Of a stretch of DNA of 64,000 nt, positions 1 through 10,222 are shown in pieces; positions within the stretch are counted from its first letter, which is position 1; each line of letters opens with the position of its first letter. The notes beneath the pieces are model-generated. The model did no database searches, had not been told where the DNA came from, and was given only the letters and a program-made list of their open reading frames with translations. Made by a program: the position numbers and the translations under genes. Origin of the DNA: a virus; IMG/VR virus record IMGVR_UViG_3300045747_000454, positions 52,034 to 116,033 of that record; one strand, given 5' to 3'.

Positions 1-5
1 TAGGC

Positions 6-11
6 TATTTA
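6..11 (-). promoter_or_regulatory. late promoter (TAAATA) firing out of the left edge of the window
   Basis: TATTTA at 6-11 in an intergenic gap; the same motif precedes most structural genes here (compare the T4 gp55 promoter TATAAATA). Confidence 0.6.
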
Positions 12-39
12 TGGCATTGCGAGATTTCAAAAAGTTGGG

Positions 40-531
40 TTACGGTAGGACGGCGTCCTTACGAATCAGCCAGACGCGCGTGACATCCTTACTCCAAGCC
101 TTGATGACATTCTTAGACCAACTGCGAAAGTTGGCGTCGTCAACCTTCTCGAGGTCCGTGACTCGAACGTAGCCGAGCTGCGCCGCGTGCCGCCCGACTA
201 TAGCATCGTAGAGCTTGACTCGGCTTAGCTCGCTGTTCTTGGAGCTGAAGCCAATGCCAAGTGGCTTGTTCTCGGCGACGGCTTTCTTCAACACGTCAAA
301 GACCGTGCTGAGAATGCGCAGAGCAACGATCCTGTCGGCTGGACTATCGCCAATCAGATCCCACGTTCCCTTTCGCTTGAAATCGACGATGTAGGTCTGA
401 CCACCCTGCCACCAATCGAGCGTGATAATGACAAGCTCATTCGAGCCATCCAGAAAGTGCGCCTCAATGCTCTTGTTGTTCTCTTCAACCTCGTACTTGT
501 ACGGAGAGTCAAGCAGCTCTTGCAGAATCAT
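40..531 (-). CDS. hypothetical protein with capsid-targeting-like leader (MILQELLD)
   Basis: Likely start is ATG 531, which forms an ATGA overlap with the gp6-like stop; the track's longer 40..762 ORF overlaps the gp6-like gene. Confidence 0.75.
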   Translation of the reverse strand: MILQELLDSPYKYEVEENNKSIEAHFLDGSNELVIITLDWWQGGQTYIVDFKRKGTWDLIGDSPADRIVALRILSTVFDVLKKAVAENKPLGIGFSSKNSELSRVKLYDAIVGRHAAQLGYVRVTDLEKVDDANFRSWSKNVIKAWSKDVTRVWLIRKDAVLP

Positions 532-3500
532 TTGACGGCCTGCCTGATCACGGTTGGCGTCAGAGCGTCGACGATCTCGATGTCGCCCAACTCTGCTGCG
601 GATTGAAGAATCTCGTCGATGCCTGACTCGACGGTGAACATCGCACCGAATGAGTTCGTGCTGTACGTTGGCACCAGCACGACCGTCGCCACGTCGGCAG
701 GCAAGCGCTGGTGAATCAGACTGGACAGCTCGGTGGCGTAGAACGTGTCGCCGAAGTCCCAAGTGTCGATGCTGAAGTACGTGTTGATGACGTTCAGAAT
801 CTCTTCCTTGATGCGCTCGTTCGTCAGCGTCGAGGACTGCGCACGAACGACCTTGAACTTGGCGCGCAGCTGAGGTTCAGCAAGACCACCGAAGAGCAGG
901 CGCAGCTTGCCTGGATGCAGCACGAGCGTGTCGCTCAGCATCTTGTTCTCAAGCAGATAGCCGTAGGTGTTGCGCAGGTCGAGCGGCGTCGGTGGCGTCG
1001 GAGCAGACAGCGAGGTGCCACGCACGTAGCTGATGACGTTGTCGTAGTAGCCGCGCGTCATCAGATAGGCGTCGTGAATGTTCGTTGGCGACGGATCGAT
1101 GACGTTCGTGAATGGTGTGAAGTGCTCCCACATGAAGTCGAGGCCCTTGTCGCTGTTCGACACGGACGACAGCTTTGGCATACGAAGGTTGCGCCCGTGC
1201 GTCAGCGAGTTGTTGATTGTGGCGCCAGCTTGCCAGGATCCAGGCGTCGGGTCAGCGGCAGACAGCACGGTTGGCGTTGCCAGCGAGAAGTACTCGTAGC
1301 TGTCGGCGGCAAATGTTTCAAACTGCAGCAGGCGATCAGGGATCAGGTCGCCAGAGGTGTCCTCATTCAGCAGGTCAGACGGCACGATTTCAAGCTGATT
1401 GACGTTGATCGATCCGCTTGAATCACGAACAGCACCGACAACGTCGTACAGCTGTGAAGTGCCAAGCGGCTGTCCAGCCGTGTCGAGATTGGAGCGCAGC
1501 ACCTTGACATTGTCGAAGACGCGCTTCTTAGTGTCGGTGTCGATGAGAACATCAAGATTGTTGTACCAAAAGCGAGTCGTTGGCGACTCGACGATGAGCT
1601 TGAAGTTGCGATGATTGACCTCGTAGCCAACGACTTGCAGCGTCGAGACGGCGCGAATCTTGCGAACGAAGATGACCCAGCTATGCTGCTTCAAACTCGT
1701 CGTTGTGGTGAAGACCTGCGGGTCTGCCATTGACGAGGCGAAGTCAACCATGCCTGGCGCTGACGCTGGCATGATCTGCCACCAACCATTCAGATTGACC
1801 TTGCAGGTCCACGTCGGACTGGCGGCACCGCTGGTTGCTGAGCGAAGAGACAGCACACCGGTTGCGCTGGTGTCGAGAATGAAGGCGTCACCTGCGACGA
1901 GCGTCGTCGTGCCCTGCGTCACGGTGAACATCGGAGTGCTGTTCGTGAAGCCAACAGGCTGAATGTCGTACTCACTGCCAATCTTGCCAGTCGGGAATGT
2001 CCCACGCAGATTGGAGCGCACAGCCAGCGTCAAACCATCAGCTTGAACTTCAATCGTCCAAACCTCACCAGCTTGCCAGAATCCGCTTGCAACCCAAGTG
2101 CCGTTGATTGCAATGGTACCATTGCCGATTGCAGCGAGCGTGCGATTGTAGCGCAGTCCAAAGTAGTCTTGAGCAGCGACCGATTGAATGCCTGAGCCAG
2201 TGTCGCCAGGTGGCGACTTGTTGATGCTGTCGATGGTGCGTGGCAGCGTCGCATCGTAGAGGTTGCCATCGTCCTCAGCGTTTGGACCTTGAACTGGAAT
2301 GACGCCGAGCAGCGTGCCGTTGGCGTCAACAACTCGATTCAGCGGCTCGCCGTACCAGTGACGGTCGATGAGGCCCTGCATCGCAGTCTTCTCCTTGAGC
2401 GAGCCGTTGCCAGCAAAGCCAAGAACGGTATCGACCTTGGTCGTGGAGCCGACGATGTTGTATGGTCGAGCGCGATTGTCCTCGATGAACTTGCGGCGGG
2501 GCGCCGACACAACACCACGAGTGGCTGGGTCAGTTGCCGAAATGTGCAGCAGCAGGTCAACGACGCCTGGCTCCTTGAGCAGCGGTTCGATGACGTCATC
2601 GATGAGACCCTTGCCAGACACGCTCGTCGTGATCGTGTTCATCGTCATGACGTAGCGCATGACCAGGTCGTCGCCGAACAGCTTGACATTCTCGTACTGA
2701 CCTGATGCGTCGTTCCAGTCGATGTACTTTGGCTGTCCAGCGAAGGTGCGATTGATCGTTTTGAGGCGAAGGATGGTTGGGTCCTTCAGCAGAAACGTGT
2801 TGTAGTCCTGCCCATTGACCATGCGGTTCTGAGCGTAGTAGGTTGCCGGCGCTGAGCGACGAACGTGCTCAATCGACTCGGTGGCTGAACCATTCTGCAG
2901 CGTCGAGGTCAGACTGAACGTCATCGTGATCGATTCGGCGTTGCCGAGCGTCGACGTGTAGTTCAGCGCCATCACCTGATTCGAAATGCGATTCTTCTGA
3001 ATGACGATGCTGCGGTTCGCTGACTGACGAAGCCAGAAGCGATACGAGCCGATCGGCGCGTCAGAGAAGTCACCATCGCCAAAGATGACGGTGACCTGAT
3101 CATTCTCGCGAGTATCGACCTCGAACTTCTTGCGAGTGCTGCGAATGTCGTTGAAGACCAGATTCTGCTCAGCGACTGTATCAACCTGCTGCCAACGCTC
3201 TGCCACGCTGCCATTCAACGCCAGACCTTGAACCCAGACGTCAGTGTGATTGACGTTCTCAGGATCGAAGTCGAGGCGACGATTTGGAAGGCGCTGCGTG
3301 ATGTCGTAGTCGATGCGCGTCAGAATGCCCTGCTTCGTGAAGAACAGAAAGCCAGTGTAGTCTGAGCCGTCGCCAATACCGTCGTTGGCGTACATGATTG
3401 AGAGCGGCGCTTGAAGGTCAGGCTCACGCTCGAACGGACCATTGTCGTCGACGTCAGCTGACACGATTTCCATGTTGAACGACTCGAGACCAGTTGACGC

Positions 3501-4094
3501 CTTGTAGGCGAACACCGCATTACGCAGAGTGGCAGGGTCGTTGCGCAGCGCGTAAAGGTCAAACACGACATCGCCAACCGTCTGTGTCTTCTGTGGTTGG
3601 CCGAGACGCGAACGAAGAATACGGTTCATGACGAGCGTGAACTGCTCCTTCCAATTCACGTTGTTCGCATCGTTCCACGTGATGGTTAGACCAGAGAGGT
3701 CGACGCCACGACTGTCGATGACGCGCTCGGTCGTCGAGACGGTGGTGACCTTCACCAGACCACGCACTGGAATGTTGCGCGTCGCCTTGTAGCTGATGAG
3801 CTTGGCGAGCTTGAGAATCGACTGCTTGCGCTGCGCCGTCGTGATGAAGTTCTCGTGCGCAACCATGTCGACACGGTAGGCGAGCTGCTCGGCGATGTAC
3901 GCAAACAACTCGAGCATCGCGATGAACTCAGACGACTGAATGTAGTCGTTGAACTGCTCGGGATAGTACGTGCGCGTGTAGTCAACCAGCGACTGCTTGA
4001 TTGTGTCGAAGTCGTACGAAACGAAGGAGACTGCGTTGAAAGCCTGATAGATCTTGTCCCAGGTTTCAGCGGAGTAGGTTGTGCGAAGCGCCAT
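528..4094 (-). CDS. baseplate wedge subunit, T4 gp6-like (1188 aa)
   Basis: N-terminal YDFDTIKQSL..Y..FNDY..SSEF..MLELFAY..ENFITTAQ and internal QNRMV..QDY are typical of gp6; lies next to gp25. Confidence 0.9.
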   Translation of the reverse strand: MALRTTYSAETWDKIYQAFNAVSFVSYDFDTIKQSLVDYTRTYYPEQFNDYIQSSEFIAMLELFAYIAEQLAYRVDMVAHENFITTAQRKQSILKLAKLISYKATRNIPVRGLVKVTTVSTTERVIDSRGVDLSGLTITWNDANNVNWKEQFTLVMNRILRSRLGQPQKTQTVGDVVFDLYALRNDPATLRNAVFAYKASTGLESFNMEIVSADVDDNGPFEREPDLQAPLSIMYANDGIGDGSDYTGFLFFTKQGILTRIDYDITQRLPNRRLDFDPENVNHTDVWVQGLALNGSVAERWQQVDTVAEQNLVFNDIRSTRKKFEVDTRENDQVTVIFGDGDFSDAPIGSYRFWLRQSANRSIVIQKNRISNQVMALNYTSTLGNAESITMTFSLTSTLQNGSATESIEHVRRSAPATYYAQNRMVNGQDYNTFLLKDPTILRLKTINRTFAGQPKYIDWNDASGQYENVKLFGDDLVMRYVMTMNTITTSVSGKGLIDDVIEPLLKEPGVVDLLLHISATDPATRGVVSAPRRKFIEDNRARPYNIVGSTTKVDTVLGFAGNGSLKEKTAMQGLIDRHWYGEPLNRVVDANGTLLGVIPVQGPNAEDDGNLYDATLPRTIDSINKSPPGDTGSGIQSVAAQDYFGLRYNRTLAAIGNGTIAINGTWVASGFWQAGEVWTIEVQADGLTLAVRSNLRGTFPTGKIGSEYDIQPVGFTNSTPMFTVTQGTTTLVAGDAFILDTSATGVLSLRSATSGAASPTWTCKVNLNGWWQIMPASAPGMVDFASSMADPQVFTTTTSLKQHSWVIFVRKIRAVSTLQVVGYEVNHRNFKLIVESPTTRFWYNNLDVLIDTDTKKRVFDNVKVLRSNLDTAGQPLGTSQLYDVVGAVRDSSGSINVNQLEIVPSDLLNEDTSGDLIPDRLLQFETFAADSYEYFSLATPTVLSAADPTPGSWQAGATINNSLTHGRNLRMPKLSSVSNSDKGLDFMWEHFTPFTNVIDPSPTNIHDAYLMTRGYYDNVISYVRGTSLSAPTPPTPLDLRNTYGYLLENKMLSDTLVLHPGKLRLLFGGLAEPQLRAKFKVVRAQSSTLTNERIKEEILNVINTYFSIDTWDFGDTFYATELSSLIHQRLPADVATVVLVPTYSTNSFGAMFTVESGIDEILQSAAELGDIEIVDALTPTVIRQAVK

Positions 4095-4120
4095 GAAGAA
4101 TGTCCTGTGTGAGCGTCAGC

Positions 4121-4126
4121 TATTTA
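4121..4126 (-). promoter_or_regulatory. late promoter TAAATA for the gp6-like gene
   Basis: TATTTA about 27 nt upstream of the start at 4094. Confidence 0.7.
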
Positions 4127-4516
4127 TGATCCAACGGGGAACGTGAGCTTGAGCGTTTCCTTCGTGTTCAGGCGAAGGTAGATGACGTCAACAAAGGCGA
4201 CGATGGCGTTGTTGTCTGGCAGCGCCATGACGGCAATGTCAACCATCTGAAGGCGAGGGTCGTACTCAATGACCATTCGCAAATCGTCCTCAACGACTTT
4301 CAGGCTTCGCTCGTCAAGTGGCTCGAACGCCATCATCGGAATGCGCGTGCCGAAGTTCGGTTGCATGACGCGCTCGCCAGGCGTCGTGTAGATATGGTTG
4401 AGCAGATCACGCTTCACGGTTTCGAAGTCGGTGGTCGTGAACGGACCACCACGCGTCTCGTAGCTGCTCGCAGTGGAAAAACCACGGTAGATTGCTGCAT
4501 TAGGATTGAAGGACAT
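4124..4516 (-). CDS. baseplate wedge protein, gp25-like
   Basis: DLLNHIYTTPGERVMQPNFGTRI..FEPLD..YDPRL is the gp25/GPW signature. Confidence 0.92.
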   Translation of the reverse strand: MSFNPNAAIYRGFSTASSYETRGGPFTTTDFETVKRDLLNHIYTTPGERVMQPNFGTRIPMMAFEPLDERSLKVVEDDLRMVIEYDPRLQMVDIAVMALPDNNAIVAFVDVIYLRLNTKETLKLTFPVGS

Positions 4517-4519
4517 ACG

Positions 4520-5644
4520 TTACGCTTTCCAGTTTGGGCCACGCTTGCCCGTAGTGCCAGGCCTCGGCCAGGGCTCGTGATCAGGCACGATGGTAGGTTT
4601 ATCAGCGCACTTCGCCTCGGTGGCCTTGGGACCGTTCAGTTGAATCGCTGTGCCAGTCAGGAACAGAATGCCCTTCGACAGAATGTTGAACTTCACGCCA
4701 GACGTCAGGTCAAGACCACCGTCACCAGAAAGTGAAACATCCTCGCACGCCGTCATGCGCGCGTGCCCAGTCGCGTTGAGGTTCAGATTCTTGCCAGCCT
4801 GAAGATTGATGTTGCCAAGCGCCGACACGTTGAAGTCACCGCCAGTCGACATGCTGATAGCCTCGGCTGCGTAGATGTGCACGTGGCCATCAGCGTCGAG
4901 CTCGACCCAAGTCTTGCCCTGCGCCGTCGAGACGTAGATGCGCTCGTTGGCGTCGTCGAAGATGACCTGATGCCCTTCAGCAGTCTTGATGCGAATGCGA
5001 GCAAAGCGGGCATCGTCCTGCAGAATGATGGCGTGTCGCCCAGGCGTCGTAATGCAGTAGGTCTGTGGGTCAAGCCCAGTGCTCTCGGTATCCTTGTCCT
5101 TGACCGTGGCAGTGCGCGTCGAGTAGCCCTCTGCGTCAGACTTGTCCGTCAGCGCCTGCGCAGCCTGTCGCTCGTAGGCGCCACGCGTCTTGGCAATCGA
5201 ATCACCGAGCTTGCCGTTGAACTGCGCCTTCAGATTTGAGGCGGCTGGTTCAATCGTCTCGAAGGTGTCTGACACTGGGGCACCACCATCCTTGTTGCGA
5301 CCGGCAGGCAGCGAGCGATTCGTGTGCACATCGAAGTATGAGCCCATGTAGACGCGCAGGCTCGGGTCGTCGTAGAGGAAACCGATGATGACGTGAGCGC
5401 CGACGCGCGGCACAGCCCACAGTCCGTAGGCGACTGGTCCAGTCGCCTTGGCGCCGCTGCCACCGCCAGCGTAGTCCTCAGCAGAGCCAGCTAGCTGCGA
5501 GGTGTAGAGAACCCACGGCAGCGTGTTGACGTCGAACGAGGTCAGGTCGCCATCGATTGACGGACACCAGACCTTGAAGCGACCCATCTCTTGTGGGTCA
5601 GCCGTTTCAACAACTACGCCCTCAACTAGTCCTGGCAAATTCAC
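4520..5644 (-). CDS. baseplate hub / central spike, gp5/VgrG-like
   Basis: OB-fold start GVVVETADPQEMGRFKVWCP..LPW..VPRVGAHVIIGF; C-terminal beta-helix-like repeats; ends with P.HEPW. Confidence 0.85.
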   Translation of the reverse strand: MNLPGLVEGVVVETADPQEMGRFKVWCPSIDGDLTSFDVNTLPWVLYTSQLAGSAEDYAGGGSGAKATGPVAYGLWAVPRVGAHVIIGFLYDDPSLRVYMGSYFDVHTNRSLPAGRNKDGGAPVSDTFETIEPAASNLKAQFNGKLGDSIAKTRGAYERQAAQALTDKSDAEGYSTRTATVKDKDTESTGLDPQTYCITTPGRHAIILQDDARFARIRIKTAEGHQVIFDDANERIYVSTAQGKTWVELDADGHVHIYAAEAISMSTGGDFNVSALGNINLQAGKNLNLNATGHARMTACEDVSLSGDGGLDLTSGVKFNILSKGILFLTGTAIQLNGPKATEAKCADKPTIVPDHEPWPRPGTTGKRGPNWKA

Positions 5645-7680
5645 TTCGTCTCCTTAGCTGGTGTTCCTTGAGTCGCTGGACCTGCGGCGGCAATCTTGTT
5701 GCCGCCGAAGATGTTGTGCGAGTAGAGCTCGAGCGTCTGCGTGAAATTGTGCCCAGTAAACTCATTCGACACCTTGAACACCGTATAGTAGCAGTCGGTC
5801 AGCACGCTGGTAGCGTAGTCGCCGTCTAGCTCAGTGTTGGTCTTGAAGTCGACGTTCGGACCCATGACCTTGACGCGAACGAAGACTGGCGAGGCGATGT
5901 AAGAAGCTTCAGACAGCGCAGATTCTTGCATCTTGAACTTGCCATTACCCTTACCCTCAAAGCCGAGGCGAGCAATGCGAGCGTCGAGGTCAGCACGATA
6001 CTTCAGCACGCCGTCTGCATCGCCCGCTGGCCTGTGGTCGAGCAGCGTGTCGATGTTGAACTTGTGCAGAATTTCTGGATTGCCCTTAATGCGCATCGCC
6101 ACGGTAATTGGCGAGCCAGCGTAGAACTTTGTGAGGTTAGCTGTGTAGCGCTGCGCCTCTTGCTGTTGCTCTAGCTGCTTGGCGCCAGATGCCATCTCGT
6201 CGCTTATCTTCTTGAAGTTCATCTTGACCGCGTCCGTGTCAAGCGGCATCAACAGCGGGTCCTTCGGACGAGTGTAGAGCAGGTCCTCAATGGCGCGCTT
6301 CACGTCGTCTGATTGCGTCTTGTCGGCAGCAACGCGCAGCGCTCCATCACCCATGCGCAGATTGGAGGCAAGCAGAAACTGAAAGTCTTGAACCTTCATC
6401 TCGAACTCAAGAATGTCCTTGTTCGCGCCGGTGAAGATGTAATCGTATTCGATGAAGTTCTGTGGAACGCGCTTCTCGGTGCCAGTCGTACCGTCTGGCA
6501 CAAGCTTGTACCAACGAGCTTCCTTCTCGCTGACGGTCGTTGGCGTTGACTTCTGATGCAGAAAGACGTTCGGCACCTCGAACTCGTAGACGTCAATGTG
6601 AACTGTGAGCGTTTCTTCATCGCTTGTGATGCCGACCAAATGCTTGTAGAATTTGATGGAGCCTTCTTTGATTGAGTCGCGCTGTTGAAAGTTGCCGAGC
6701 TTGGCAATCTCTGGGACCTGCACGAAGATGAGGTCGAGCGCCTTAGTCAGCGAGGTCCCTGGTGGTACGGCGCTGTACGATGTGGCAACCTTGCCAGCCT
6801 TCTCATCTGCCGCCTTCTTGGCGTCAATAGCACGCTGAGCAGCATCACGAATGCGCTCCTCCGCCTTGCCAGACACGCCGCCCGCAAATGTCATGTCATT
6901 CCAGGCGTCTGGAATCGTGATTTGATACTGCACCATTCGTCCAGTCGTCTTCGTACTGCCAGTGCCATTCAGCACGCCTTGAACTGCGCCGTAGTACTCT
7001 TTTGAGACCGCGTTCAATCGGTCGTTGAGACTTTTGATGGCGCTGCTGAGCTTGTTGTCTTCTGACTTGTACGACGTTGCCGTTGAGACCGTGAGAAAGC
7101 GACCGAAGCGATTGACATTGAAGTTCATGTTTGGCATGAACTCGAGCGTGTAGGTGCCACGCCCAAAGTCGAGATTGATGTCCATGCGATTCAGATGCAT
7201 TGGAATCGTTTCAGACTGCACAGTCTCTGATGAGCCGTCTGGATGGTGGCCGACGAAGATGGTGCGCAGCATGAAGACCATGCCATCGTAGTTTGTCTGC
7301 AGCTGCTTGTCCATCAACCACTGCATGAAGTTGCCGAAAGAGATGCCGACGCTGTCGAGAATCTGCATCGATAGGTCAGTCGCCAGATTCGACGTTGCCG
7401 CACCGGCCTGCAACCCATTGACGTACACATCGTACTTCAGCGATTCAACGGTGAATTGTCCGAAGCGGCGTGTGTCGAGAACAAGATACACGTCGTCATT
7501 GACGCCACCAACGCTGATTGGCGCGCCAAGATAGGTGGCAGCGTCGATAGCTTCAAGCGTGGCTTGCTTAAAGGATGAGTTCGCAAAGTTGAGTGCAGTC
7601 TGCGTCGTTCGGCAGGCCACGAGAATGTAGTGAATCGAGTACGACGAAAAGTCGTCAAGTGGATTTTTGATGTATGGCAT
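5641..7680 (-). CDS. baseplate hub protein (gp27-like), putative
   Basis: Position between gp53-like and gp5-like genes; C-terminal MRIKGNP...YTVFKVSNEF.G.NFTQTLEL pattern of hub proteins. Confidence 0.6.
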   Translation of the reverse strand: MPYIKNPLDDFSSYSIHYILVACRTTQTALNFANSSFKQATLEAIDAATYLGAPISVGGVNDDVYLVLDTRRFGQFTVESLKYDVYVNGLQAGAATSNLATDLSMQILDSVGISFGNFMQWLMDKQLQTNYDGMVFMLRTIFVGHHPDGSSETVQSETIPMHLNRMDINLDFGRGTYTLEFMPNMNFNVNRFGRFLTVSTATSYKSEDNKLSSAIKSLNDRLNAVSKEYYGAVQGVLNGTGSTKTTGRMVQYQITIPDAWNDMTFAGGVSGKAEERIRDAAQRAIDAKKAADEKAGKVATSYSAVPPGTSLTKALDLIFVQVPEIAKLGNFQQRDSIKEGSIKFYKHLVGITSDEETLTVHIDVYEFEVPNVFLHQKSTPTTVSEKEARWYKLVPDGTTGTEKRVPQNFIEYDYIFTGANKDILEFEMKVQDFQFLLASNLRMGDGALRVAADKTQSDDVKRAIEDLLYTRPKDPLLMPLDTDAVKMNFKKISDEMASGAKQLEQQQEAQRYTANLTKFYAGSPITVAMRIKGNPEILHKFNIDTLLDHRPAGDADGVLKYRADLDARIARLGFEGKGNGKFKMQESALSEASYIASPVFVRVKVMGPNVDFKTNTELDGDYATSVLTDCYYTVFKVSNEFTGHNFTQTLELYSHNIFGGNKIAAAGPATQGTPAKETK

Positions 7681-8055
7681 TTAGACGATTGGGAGAATAG
7701 CGATTGGAACTTCGCGAGTCGAGGCAACGCCGCCAGGCGTTCCGGCAAGCAGCGCTTGCAAACGAGACTTCGACGGCATATTGAGAACGACGCCCTCGGT
7801 GATCTCGCCATATGGGTCAAGAATGTTGTTGTACTGAGCGACGACCCACCACACGCGAGGTTCGTTGTAGAACATGGTTGTGATGAGGTCGAGGCGTCCG
7901 ACTAGCGCCTTCTCAACGACGTAGGTCGTGTCGTCGATGTTCAACGAGAAGCCGATGCGATCCCACCACTCAATGGCGTTGGCATTGACCTCGGTTGTCC
8001 CGCCGCTTACGTAACGAGACGTTTTCACTAGAGTGCTATTCTTTTCGGCCATCAA
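7681..8055 (-). CDS. baseplate wedge protein, gp53/LysM-like
   Basis: GRLDLIT..FY.EPRVWWVVAQYNNILDP..G..L.MP. Confidence 0.8.
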   Translation of the reverse strand: MMAEKNSTLVKTSRYVSGGTTEVNANAIEWWDRIGFSLNIDDTTYVVEKALVGRLDLITTMFYNEPRVWWVVAQYNNILDPYGEITEGVVLNMPSKSRLQALLAGTPGGVASTREVPIAILPIV

Positions 8056-9350
8056 TCGCCTCCGTCAATTCCAAAGCTACCGGTCTGTTGCAGCGAGCCA
8101 ATCTTCAGCGTGGTTGGAATCTTAGCTGTAGCGTTTGAAATCAATTCAGACGCCTTGGCTTGCGCCTGCGCCATGAATGAAGGTCCATTCAGCATCGAGC
8201 CGGCGAATGCTGGGTCGATGGCTGGTGTTATTCCAGACAACGTTGCTCCGCTGGTGTCCGTGAGATACTTCGGATCCTGCATCAGCTTATTTGGCATAGT
8301 CACTGTCTGAGCCTCTTGCTTGTTAGCCGCTGCGTGTGGTGAGGTCGGACCAGCTGTGTCTTCGTTTGCCGGCGCCTTGAAGGCGTCTGCGTAAAAGCCA
8401 AGACGATACCGATCAAGATTGAAGTTGTTGAACTCCGTCGTACTGTAGCTCTCGGTCAGATTGATGGCCACCGACATCACGGCAGGGAATGGTGTCTTTG
8501 GCTCCGATGACGGTTTGTTCAACTTCTGCGGGTCAGTCTCGTTGTCAATGTCGATTGGGTCCCAGGCAGGAAGATAGTCAACGTCCTTTGGCCAAGTCCA
8601 GTTCAGCGTGGTGACAACCACCGGCACCTCACCGACAAGACCGCGTAGACCCTTCAGCTTGAGCACTGGCGGTGGCGCACCGATCTTGCCCTTGAACTGC
8701 GGGTCCTTTGCGGTGGCGGCACCGAAGTACGGCATGACCCAAGCGCGCAGTCGAAAGATATTGCGAAGATTGATTGATGCCTCAGCCGAGGTGCGCGAGA
8801 TGAACATGCAGTTCAGATTCCAAGTCGTGCTGTCTGTGCCCTTGTACTTTTGAAAGGCACCTGGAAACTGTGGTGGTGCAACTGCGTCATACTGCGCACC
8901 GCGATTCTCAACGATGTCAGGCAGCACGACGAACTCCATGACGTAGCCCTCGCTGTCGGTCAGCGAGACGATGTGCTCCTTGTCGAGCATCACCACACCA
9001 GACAAAGCTTTCGCCTGAGCGGCTGTCGTAGTGGAGGTGCCAATCGCGCTGCTTGGAACTAACGCGCCAGGATTGGCGCCGCCGAGCGCACCAATCTTCT
9101 TCTGCGCATCGCCAATCTTCAAACCAAAGCCAGCTGCGATTGCTGCCGCACCCTCCTTAGCCTTGGTCGGAAGGTTGCTGAGTGAGAAGCCGCCGACCTG
9201 ATACTTTGTAGCTTCGTTTGCGAGGCTTGCAAGACGCTGTCCAGCTGACTGCATCTCTGGATTGTCGCCGCTCTCGGCAATGGCTCGAGCAGCCTTGTCA
9301 GCGATTGATTCACCTGCCGCTGGCAGCTTAAATGCTCCGTAGTCTTCCAT
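8052..9350 (-). CDS. baseplate / tail-tube initiator protein (gp48-like), putative
   Basis: YKGTDSTTW...LRAWVMPYF...GAPPPVLKL.G...VPVVVT...WPKDVDY resembles tube-initiator proteins; baseplate operon context. Confidence 0.6.
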   Translation of the reverse strand: MEDYGAFKLPAAGESIADKAARAIAESGDNPEMQSAGQRLASLANEATKYQVGGFSLSNLPTKAKEGAAAIAAGFGLKIGDAQKKIGALGGANPGALVPSSAIGTSTTTAAQAKALSGVVMLDKEHIVSLTDSEGYVMEFVVLPDIVENRGAQYDAVAPPQFPGAFQKYKGTDSTTWNLNCMFISRTSAEASINLRNIFRLRAWVMPYFGAATAKDPQFKGKIGAPPPVLKLKGLRGLVGEVPVVVTTLNWTWPKDVDYLPAWDPIDIDNETDPQKLNKPSSEPKTPFPAVMSVAINLTESYSTTEFNNFNLDRYRLGFYADAFKAPANEDTAGPTSPHAAANKQEAQTVTMPNKLMQDPKYLTDTSGATLSGITPAIDPAFAGSMLNGPSFMAQAQAKASELISNATAKIPTTLKIGSLQQTGSFGIDGGD

Positions 9351-10139
9351 TTACTTCTTCGCCTTCGCAGCCTTAGCAGCCGCCTTCGCTGCTTCCTTTG
9401 CATCAAGCGCAGCCTGCTTTGCAGCCGCCTTCTCAGCAGCCGCTGCAGCCTTGGCGTCAGCCTCCGCCTTCTCGGCTGCAGCTGCTGTCGCCAGCGATGC
9501 AGCTACCTTCTTGAAGATGATGTCAGACAGCGATTGCTTGACGCCGAGAATCTTGGCGAACGCAACCTTGTAACCCATCTTCACGGCGAGACGCGCCATC
9601 GAACCTGAGATCATGTGAACTGGAATGTCCTCGCCCTTTTCGGCGATGGCGAGAATCTCCTCAGACGGAGTTCCCTCGTCATCTGGGTCGCTGCGCTCCT
9701 CAAGCCCTGGCATCACGACGTGCTCGAGCTTCTCGCCGTTCGGACCGGTGAAGTACTTGTCAAGCAGCTCGATGTACTTGGACGCCCGGTCTGAACCTGC
9801 GGCGATGGCGTAGGGTTCGTAGCCGGCCTTCCGAACCTCCTCGAAGGCAGCCATGGCCGACGGGGCGGTGATGATCTTGACGCCGTTGGCTCGGCCGGAG
9901 GCCGTCATGAACTTGATGCGATCCTCAGCGCTCAGCGGGTTCTTGCTCAGATCCTTTGAGGTTTCGGCGCCGGCAACGACCACGACGATCGGCACCACGC
10001 CCTTGTGCTCACGCTCGAACTTCTTCATTCGGTCGATGACTGTGTAGTGTCCGGCGGTTGGCGGGTTGAAGCGACCAACGGCGACGACGGCTCGAGTCTT
10101 CTGCTGCCCAACCGTGTCCTCAAAAAGGTCTTGATCCAT
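9351..10139 (-). CDS. HIGH-superfamily nucleotidyltransferase (cytidylyltransferase/NMNAT-like) with Ala/Lys-rich tail
   Basis: GRFNPPTAGH, KNPLS, AGSDR and ISGS.AR motifs; start moved to ATG 10139 (GGAG RBS; TAAATA at 10163-10168). Confidence 0.8.
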   Translation of the reverse strand: MDQDLFEDTVGQQKTRAVVAVGRFNPPTAGHYTVIDRMKKFEREHKGVVPIVVVVAGAETSKDLSKNPLSAEDRIKFMTASGRANGVKIITAPSAMAAFEEVRKAGYEPYAIAAGSDRASKYIELLDKYFTGPNGEKLEHVVMPGLEERSDPDDEGTPSEEILAIAEKGEDIPVHMISGSMARLAVKMGYKVAFAKILGVKQSLSDIIFKKVAASLATAAAAEKAEADAKAAAAAEKAAAKQAALDAKEAAKAAAKAAKAKK

Positions 10140-10162
10140 AAGTAGTCTCCGATGCGGTGGAG

Positions 10163-10168
10163 TATTTA
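10163..10168 (-). promoter_or_regulatory. late promoter TAAATA heading the baseplate operon
   Basis: TATTTA 24 nt upstream of ATG 10139. Confidence 0.7.
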
Positions 10169-10213
10169 TCAAGATCAGGCATCCTGATTTTCGTGAGCAT
10201 TGTCGCTCGCAAA

Positions 10214-10222
10214 TGATACAAT
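10214..10222 (+). promoter_or_regulatory. early/middle sigma70-like extended -10 (TGaTACAAT)
   Basis: Related boxes precede other non-structural operons: 28317 TACAAT, 29111 TGaTACAAT, 29736 TGaTAGAAT, 50138-50143 TACAAT on the minus strand. Confidence 0.55.

Noticed and set aside
40-762. Extended N-termini in the ORF track (40..762, 48649..49788, 47065..47727, 52795..53520, 31612..32013, 18101..18937, 30229..30612)
   Set aside because: They overlap neighbouring genes or promoters; downstream starts have RBSs, 4-nt overlaps or the shared leader
9355-9500. GCAGCC-rich repeat tract
   Set aside because: It is low-complexity Ala/Lys coding sequence of the nucleotidyltransferase tail
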